From positions 1 through 64,000 of the forward strand of contig JAQBUT010000008.1 of the NCBI GenBank assembly GCA_027623195.1: a stretch of DNA of 64,000 nucleotides, in the 5' to 3' direction. A model generated the notes under the pieces. The model had not been told where the DNA came from and made no database searches. It saw only the letters and a list, made by a program, of their open reading frames with translations. The translations under genes were made by a program, and so were the position numbers. Below are positions 58,144 through 64,000 of the stretch, piece after piece (the stretch's first letter is position 1; each line of letters opens with the position of its first letter). The DNA is from Chloroflexota bacterium. GTDB lineage: Bacteria > Chloroflexota > Dehalococcoidia > Lucifugimonadales > JADFKI01.

Positions 58144-58237
58144 TTTAGAGAAAAATGGCTCAATAGTTTGATGGCTCTCTTCACTTGGGCTGCCAAAGTG
58201 TACAGGTATTCAGTTTAATCCATACTCAGGAGAATTG

Positions 58238-59002
58238 ATGAAGCTACCCCAAATCCGGCACCCGCTTACATTCGTTGTAAGTGGGGTTTTCTTGGCATTA
58301 GCTATGACCAGCGTTGTGGCATGTACAACGGTCAATGTAGACAAAGGACTGACCGATGCTGCAACGACAGTTTCTTCTCCATCTGATGCAGCGACATCGG
58401 CTCCAGCGCCCACTGATGCTACAACATCGACTACAAATCCAGCCGCCCAGGCGACAGAGACACCAACCTCAACGCCGGAGTCAACTGAAACACAGACTCC
58501 TGAACCAACTTCAACGCCGAAGCCAACTGAGACACAGACTCCTGAACCAACTTCAACTGAAACCCCGGCAGATGTAACATTAGCCGACGGGACCTGGACG
58601 ATAAAGATGGTCACATCACGTGGGAATTCTTTCTACCCCACCATTGCTGTGAATTTCAAGCAGTACCCCGACGGAACCCCCAGTGGAGAGCTGGAAGGAA
58701 CACCGTACACCTATAGCAGCGGGGGCACGACCCTGATTACACAAGTCACCGATGGTACAGTAGATAGCTTGGGTAATGTGGAATTAGATTTCACTGTTCA
58801 TGAGGGTACCGCTTTTCGTGCTAGCTTCACCTTTACCGGTAAAGCAGGGCCCTCTACTCGGCCAATCCGTAATCAGATCAGTGGTGACCCGACGCCAGAA
58901 GCTAATTCAGGGTTCGAACGGTGTACTGATGGCTGTGGTTATGAAGCCACTTTTCCGGATGGGAGTACAGAGACAGGATTCTTTACAATGTCTAGCCAAT
59001 AA
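58238..59002 (+). CDS. Hypothetical lipoprotein with Pro/Thr-rich repeat linker
   Basis: AGGAG RBS, signal peptide with VVAC lipobox, TETQTPEPTSTP repeats. Confidence 0.75.
   Translation: MKLPQIRHPLTFVVSGVFLALAMTSVVACTTVNVDKGLTDAATTVSSPSDAATSAPAPTDATTSTTNPAAQATETPTSTPESTETQTPEPTSTPKPTETQTPEPTSTETPADVTLADGTWTIKMVTSRGNSFYPTIAVNFKQYPDGTPSGELEGTPYTYSSGGTTLITQVTDGTVDSLGNVELDFTVHEGTAFRASFTFTGKAGPSTRPIRNQISGDPTPEANSGFERCTDGCGYEATFPDGSTETGFFTMSSQ
58463..58560 (+). repeat. 42-bp coding tandem repeat, about 2.3 copies
   Basis: CCAAC(C/T)TCAAC recurs at 58463, 58505 and 58547. Confidence 0.85.
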
Positions 59003-60180
59003 CCGAGGCGAAAATTGAGGCCAATGTACCCTTGCGGTGAGACTGTCACGCCATGAGGGGGCATATTATTGCAATCCGTTGACATGCCCACTACAAGCGG
59101 ATAAAGGGGCGTTAGACATCGACCGGGAGCAGGTCAACGCCCGGATCACCACGGCCAAGTGGTACTGGTCAAGGCGAGAGATGATCAAGCAGCACTACAT
59201 CCTGGAAGCTGATGAGCTGCCCCTGATCATCGAGGTGAGGAAAATGCCCTCGGTGAAATTTTCGGTCCGAAATACTGCTTCGGAGGTGGAAGCGTTTGGA
59301 GGTCAGTGAATATTCCAGTATTCTCTTGAGACAATATCACCTGCTAGCAACAATGCGTTCTTCCTCAGGGGTTATGGTTCTCGTCGAAGCTCCCCGTATC
59401 ATGCCCGAATCTTGATATCTGAGAAGCGCTGCTAGTGGCTGCTCGATTAACAATTGACGTGTTGGGGCCAAGTCATCCTCGGTGGTGCCGGCAATCTGGA
59501 ATATCGTGAATTAATTATGCGGAGACAATTCTCAAGATCTACCTGCGGCACCCGCTTTGCTGCTCCGTCCTAGGCCTCGATAACCGCTAGTTATGTTGCT
59601 GCGGCTTTGGCACTCATTTTTGATATTAATGCCGCTTGCAAAAGGACTAAGTTATAATACGCGGCAATGTTGCTGACGGTGCTCTCCGGAACTCAGATTG
59701 ATCTGGGAAATACCGGCTAAATAAACATCGACACGTACGTTAACGGCCTGTTGCTCCCTAACCTCCGTAACGGCGCGTGGGTCTGCTTGGATGGGACTCC
59801 ACTTATATAGGATAAGGATGTCAACCAATTTGCAGATCAATACGGGAAGGGGGCATTGGGAGTGCCCAAATATGAAGTTGTGTTAGGCGACCTACGGTTC
59901 GTGAGCCGTGATTGAAATGTCGATCTTCCGTATTCGGTTAGAAGAAACCATGGAGTTACTTTCCTGTGCCACCCAGCAAGTCCGCCCGCATTTCTCGTCA
60001 AGGGGTGGTCGATATCCAGAATCAAGGATGCTATAGATAGCCTTGGAACCCGGTTTCGACCCTGCGCTACTTTCGGCACTCGTTTTATCATGTTCGAGTA
60101 GCGCATGTCAAATTCAAGGTGGCTTACTGCCAGAGGGAAAGCAAGGTATAGTAAGAGCTATATTAGGGAATTATTGATTC

Positions 60181-60510
60181 CATGTGGAAAACAGGATAGT
60201 AACCCTCATATCAAATGAGCCTGGCACGTTGAAGGCCTTCAGCGCCTAACTGTTCAGAGAACTTAACGATGTCTTAGACTCCGTCCACTTGGCTCATGAT
60301 GTCAATCTGCTGGTATTGACGGGCGTGGGGCAGGCATTTCCCTCATGTTTGGACATCTTCCGGCGGCAGACCTATGAGGGTATTCTTCCAATGGAGGACG
60401 CATTGCCGGAGGCGGAGACGCTTAAAGCCTTCTGGATGGGACAGGATATGCGAGCCTTCCTGCGGGCCCGGGTGGCAGCAATTCAGGAAGACTCCCCGCT
60501 ATCGAAGTGA
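60181..60510 (+). pseudogene. Degenerate enoyl-CoA hydratase/isomerase N-terminal remnant
   Basis: HVENRIVTLISNEPGTLKAFSA*LFRELNDVLD...VNLLVLTGVGQAFPSCLDI resembles the crotonase start; internal TAA at 60247-60249. Confidence 0.6.
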
Positions 60511-60565
60511 CTGGATCGGTGCGTTTCTAGCGCATTTAACATTGGTGAAACGTTACCGTGTCCCC

Positions 60566-62410
60566 TTACTCAGCCAGCGCGTTGCCCTCGGTTAACGCAG
60601 GGTCCAGTTGCCGTTCCTCTTCGTTGGCCGTGATCTGAATATGCAGGTCCTCTAGCTGTGACTGCTCGACCACGTTTGGCGCTTCGAACAGCGGGTCGAA
60701 ACCGCTCTGGGTCTTGGGGAAGGCGATGACGTCGCGGATGTTGTCTTTACCCATCAACACCATGAGCAGGCGGTCTATGCCGGGGGCGATGCCGCCGTGA
60801 GGTGGCGTTCCATACTCGAATGCAGTCAGCAATTGGTCGAAACGCTCGGCCACCTGCTCCTTGCTGTACCCCAGCACCTTGAAGACCCGCTCCTGAAGCT
60901 CCCGTTTGTGGATTCGAATGCTCCCGCTGGCCAACTCAGACCCGTTAGCCACCAGGTCGTACAACTTGCCCAATACCCTGCCGGGGTCGGTCTCTAAGAA
61001 CTGCTCGTGGCCTTCTTTGGGCATGGAGAAGGCGTGATGCATGGCGTCCCAGGTGCCATCATCATCGTTGTACTCGAAAAGAGGGAAGTCGGTTACGAAT
61101 GCAAGTGCCACCTGGTTGGGGTCCGCTAGTCCCAATCGCTGACCCATCTCATGACGCAGGAGGCTTAGAGCAAGGTTGGTGCTCTTGGCAGGCCCCGCCA
61201 CGATAAGCATCATGTCGCCGGGTTGGGCCTCCACCCTGCGGGCCATCTCCTTCACCTGCTCGACGGTAAGAAAGCGCGATGCTCCGGACCTGATCTGCTC
61301 CTCTGTGAGATCGTCAAGGTCACCTTCACCGGTCAGGGAGATGGTCACCAGCCCTTGGGCTCCTCTCGCCTTAACGAAGTCGATTAACTCGTCGGTCTGC
61401 CTGCGGGAGTACGTGGCGCAGCCTGGAGCGTTGAAGCCCTTGACTATGCCTCCGCTTTCCACCACAGAGGTGAATACGCGAAACTCCGTCTGGGTGCCGA
61501 CATCAGAAAGATCGGCCATATCCAGGTCGAAACGCATGTCCGGCTTGTCAGTGCCGTATAACGCCATGGACTCTTCATAGGTAAGCCGGGGAAATGGCTT
61601 GACCAGCCACTTTTCTGGAAACAGGGCCTCTATGAGCTTGGTGTACAGCTCTTCGATGAGGTTGAGGACGTCGTCCTCCTCCACGAAGCTCATTTCGAGG
61701 TCAAGCTGCGTATGCTCTGGCTGCCTGTCTGCGCGCGGGTCTTCGTCTCGGAAACACCTGGCAATCTGAAAATAGCGCTCCACGCCTGCCGCCATAAGAA
61801 GTTGCTTTAGCTGTTGCGGTGATTGAGGCAGGGCGTAAAACCGGCCTGGATAGAGCCTACTGGGCACCAGATAGTCGCGGGCGCCTTCGGGCGTGCTCTT
61901 GATCAGAATGGGTGTCTCGATCTCCAAAAAGCCACGCTCATCCAGAAAATCCCTTATGAACTTGACCACCTTGTGCCGCATGATAATCATGTCGCGCATG
62001 GCGGGCCGACGCAGGTCCATGTATCGATACTTTAGACGAATAAACTCGTCCACCTCGCTCTCCTCGTTGATGTAGAAGGGAGGGGTCTTGGACTCATTCA
62101 GTACGGTTATCTGGTTTATGGCGACTTCAATCTGTCCGGTAGGAAGGTTTGGGTTTTCGCTGCCTTCGGGTCGTTTGGTTACTTCGCCTATGACCTGAAC
62201 AACCCATTCGCTCCTTAGCTGTTCGGCTATGCCGTGTGCCTCCGGAGCGTTTTCGGGGTTGAATACCACCTGCACAAGACCTTCGCGGTCTCGCAAATCT
62301 ATGAAGATAAGGCTCCCGTGGTCCCTGCGGCGGTTAACCCACCCGGCCAGGGTTACAGTTTTACCTATGTGTTCGGCGCGCACGTCGCCACAGCTGATGG
62401 TCTTAAGCAA
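60566..62410 (-). CDS. aspS: Aspartate--tRNA ligase (probably non-discriminating)
   Basis: GWV.RRRDHG.L.FIDLRD, STPEGARDYLVPSR, LPQSPQ, CFRDED.RADRQPE, PPHGGIA.GIDR; RDHG and RPEG suggest the Asp/Asn type. Confidence 0.97.
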   Translation of the reverse strand: MLKTISCGDVRAEHIGKTVTLAGWVNRRRDHGSLIFIDLRDREGLVQVVFNPENAPEAHGIAEQLRSEWVVQVIGEVTKRPEGSENPNLPTGQIEVAINQITVLNESKTPPFYINEESEVDEFIRLKYRYMDLRRPAMRDMIIMRHKVVKFIRDFLDERGFLEIETPILIKSTPEGARDYLVPSRLYPGRFYALPQSPQQLKQLLMAAGVERYFQIARCFRDEDPRADRQPEHTQLDLEMSFVEEDDVLNLIEELYTKLIEALFPEKWLVKPFPRLTYEESMALYGTDKPDMRFDLDMADLSDVGTQTEFRVFTSVVESGGIVKGFNAPGCATYSRRQTDELIDFVKARGAQGLVTISLTGEGDLDDLTEEQIRSGASRFLTVEQVKEMARRVEAQPGDMMLIVAGPAKSTNLALSLLRHEMGQRLGLADPNQVALAFVTDFPLFEYNDDDGTWDAMHHAFSMPKEGHEQFLETDPGRVLGKLYDLVANGSELASGSIRIHKRELQERVFKVLGYSKEQVAERFDQLLTAFEYGTPPHGGIAPGIDRLLMVLMGKDNIRDVIAFPKTQSGFDPLFEAPNVVEQSQLEDLHIQITANEEERQLDPALTEGNALAE

Positions 62411-62628
62411 GGTCGTATCCCCTTCGGAAGTGTATTGAGGTGGTTAACGCCGATTCATAGGTTAAGCACCCGCCTGGCGGGCCAGGGATGGGCGCACTAT
62501 CGCCTGGAATCGGTACCTTTTGTCTGGAGATTATACAGGTTTTCGAGGTAGGCAGGCCAAATAATGGCGTCCTGGTTTTGCGGGAGGGCACCATTATTTA
62601 ATGATTGCGGTTGGGATGGGGACCACGG

Positions 62629-63069
62629 CTAGCCGCCTGAGCCGAATCCTCGCTTCTTCACGGTAAGATTCACGAAGGTTTCGGTGCGCCGGACGCCGGC
62701 AATTGCGCCTATCTTGGTTCGTAGGAAGATTCCGAGGTCCTCGGCCGTAGGAAGCGCCGTCCAGGCGAAGACGTCGTAAGCGCCCGTGGTGACGGCAACC
62801 CAGGCTACCTCATCCAGCTTGGATATGTCTTCTGCAACGCTGTCAACCTTGTCTGGGTCGACTGTTACCCCTACAAGGGCTTCAGGCCTATACCCAAGCT
62901 TGCCGGGGTCCAGCATTGCGATTACGTGGATATACTCTTCATCGATTAATCGCTTGAGTCTTCTTCTTACTGTCCCTTCGCTGACGCCGACTCTTCTGGC
63001 AATTCCAGAATTAGATGCTCTCCCGTCTTCTTGGAGGATCGAGATTATATTTGAGTCCAAATCATCCAT
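62629..63069 (-). CDS. Lrp/AsnC-family transcriptional regulator
   Basis: MDDLD..I...LQEDGR.S...IA..VGVSEGTV.RR..RL; TG.YD. Confidence 0.93.
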   Translation of the reverse strand: MDDLDSNIISILQEDGRASNSGIARRVGVSEGTVRRRLKRLIDEEYIHVIAMLDPGKLGYRPEALVGVTVDPDKVDSVAEDISKLDEVAWVAVTTGAYDVFAWTALPTAEDLGIFLRTKIGAIAGVRRTETFVNLTVKKRGFGSGG

Positions 63070-63357
63070 ATTTCAAAGCACCTAGAAAAGTCACGCTATT
63101 GGCCCGAATCATACCTATTCTGGAAGAATATGTCAATGACGGTCCTTTAGTACGGTGTAAATATTGGAGCCTAAATTCATCTGCCTTCAACCCGAATTCT
63201 ACCATTTTGGAGGCTGTATGTTGTCAAGTAGTGACACGAACAACATTCGTGCAAAGCTAACGATGGCTTAACTATTTGGTGTGGTAAGGGTGTTGGCTAA
63301 TGCTGCACAGTCTGGAGGGAGAATTCTCTATACCGCAGTGAGCAGGCGGCGGCGTTG

Positions 63358-63861
63358 CTAGAAGCGGCGAATGGATAGCCAGAATGCTGCGGCGATTCCC
63401 ATGACCAGCATCAGCGGAAGGTGCCCCAAGACGCTGATTATTGCGAGGGTTAATGGGAAGGAAGCCAATAACATGCTGCCGGAGCTTACGAATTTTAAGG
63501 TTCGACCCTTCTTCCGATTTACCGAAAAGGAGACTGCTTCTCCTATGGCGTAGCCTATACCCGCCACTATGGCGACGTGCAGGTATGGGAACAGGAATGG
63601 CACGAAGAGGAGGATGGGGTTTAAAAACCAGAAAGCGAGACCCAATGCAAACGCTGATACAACACCTGCTGCGATTCCCCTGGCCAGATAAGCGGGAGTA
63701 ACGTTGTACGTTGGTATCGGGGTTGTTCTCGCGCATGTAGGGCAGCGGGCGCCCACGGGCGTTTGCACCATGCAGTCCGTGCAGATGAACTCATCGCAAC
63801 GGCTGCACCTGAGGTTGGTCTCGTTTCGAGGGTTCCTGGGGCAGTAATTAAGCTGAGACAT
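63358..63861 (-). CDS. B-box-like zinc finger plus membrane segments (rhomboid N-terminus-like)
   Basis: T.LRCSRC..FIC..CM..TPVGARCP.C followed by hydrophobic helices. Confidence 0.78.
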   Translation of the reverse strand: MSQLNYCPRNPRNETNLRCSRCDEFICTDCMVQTPVGARCPTCARTTPIPTYNVTPAYLARGIAAGVVSAFALGLAFWFLNPILLFVPFLFPYLHVAIVAGIGYAIGEAVSFSVNRKKGRTLKFVSSGSMLLASFPLTLAIISVLGHLPLMLVMGIAAAFWLSIRRF

Positions 63862-63885
63862 GTTTTTGTGCCTGAGTATTGCCGC

Positions 63886-64000
63886 TTAAAATTTGTCTGG
63901 TACGTCGGGAAGACGTTGAGTCCATTGGTCTTTTCTGGCCACGTCTCTATCCCATAAAACGCGATACAGATAAACCAGATAGCGCCCTTGCCGTCGATCC
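63886..64000 (-). CDS. Possible 3' end of a gene entering from the window edge
   Basis: Open frame DRRQGRYLVYLYRVLW...PDKF* ending 24 nt before the next co-oriented start. Confidence 0.35.
   Translation of the reverse strand, partial: DRRQGRYLVYLYRVLWDRDVARKDQWTQRLPDVPDKF

Noticed and set aside
58463..58560. Tandem repeat as a CRISPR array
   Set aside because: No spacers; in-frame coding repeat of a Pro/Thr linker; no cas genes.
63235..63251. Palindrome CACGAA-N5-TTCGTG upstream of the Lrp gene as a LexA box
   Set aside because: Does not fit GAAC-N4-GTTC; single occurrence, so an operator cannot be supported.

Overview
Bacterial chromosomal window of moderately high GC. Gene content and protein style suggest Chloroflexota, class Dehalococcoidia (SAR202-like); this is inferred, not checked. 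Housekeeping genes: dprA, topA, xerC-like, aroQ, an M24 peptidase, efp, xseA/xseB, rpoB/rpoC, trxA, infA, an RpoD-family sigma, aspS, and tRNA-Ser(GGA), tRNA-Val(GAC) and tRNA-Asp(GTC). The main signal is a redox region at about 34.0-47.0 kb holding three selenoproteins that the ORF track breaks at in-frame TGA codons: a ferredoxin:thioredoxin reductase catalytic subunit (CPC/CPC/CH-U) beside trxA, a GrdB-family protein B (STU) and GrdA (CFVU). Each TGA is followed by a similar hairpin with a GGN apex (candidate SECIS). The Grd cluster is atypical: GrdB reads UGTSTRS instead of UGTCTRC, the GrdE-like proprotein lacks the cysteines of the pyruvoyl-forming segment, and grdD and trxB are absent from the window. 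Neighbours include a signal-less reductive-dehalogenase-like Fe-S protein, a ThDP lyase, a DUF255 protein and a class IV aminotransferase. Other oddities: an EF-P lacking the modifiable Lys/Arg, an acidic RpoB tail continuing past a TAA, a very long MacA-like adaptor, and a decayed betaine-type ABC locus plus other remnants at 56-60.5 kb. No CRISPR array, rRNA or intact mobile element was seen. All assignments come from motif recognition by eye; no searches were run.
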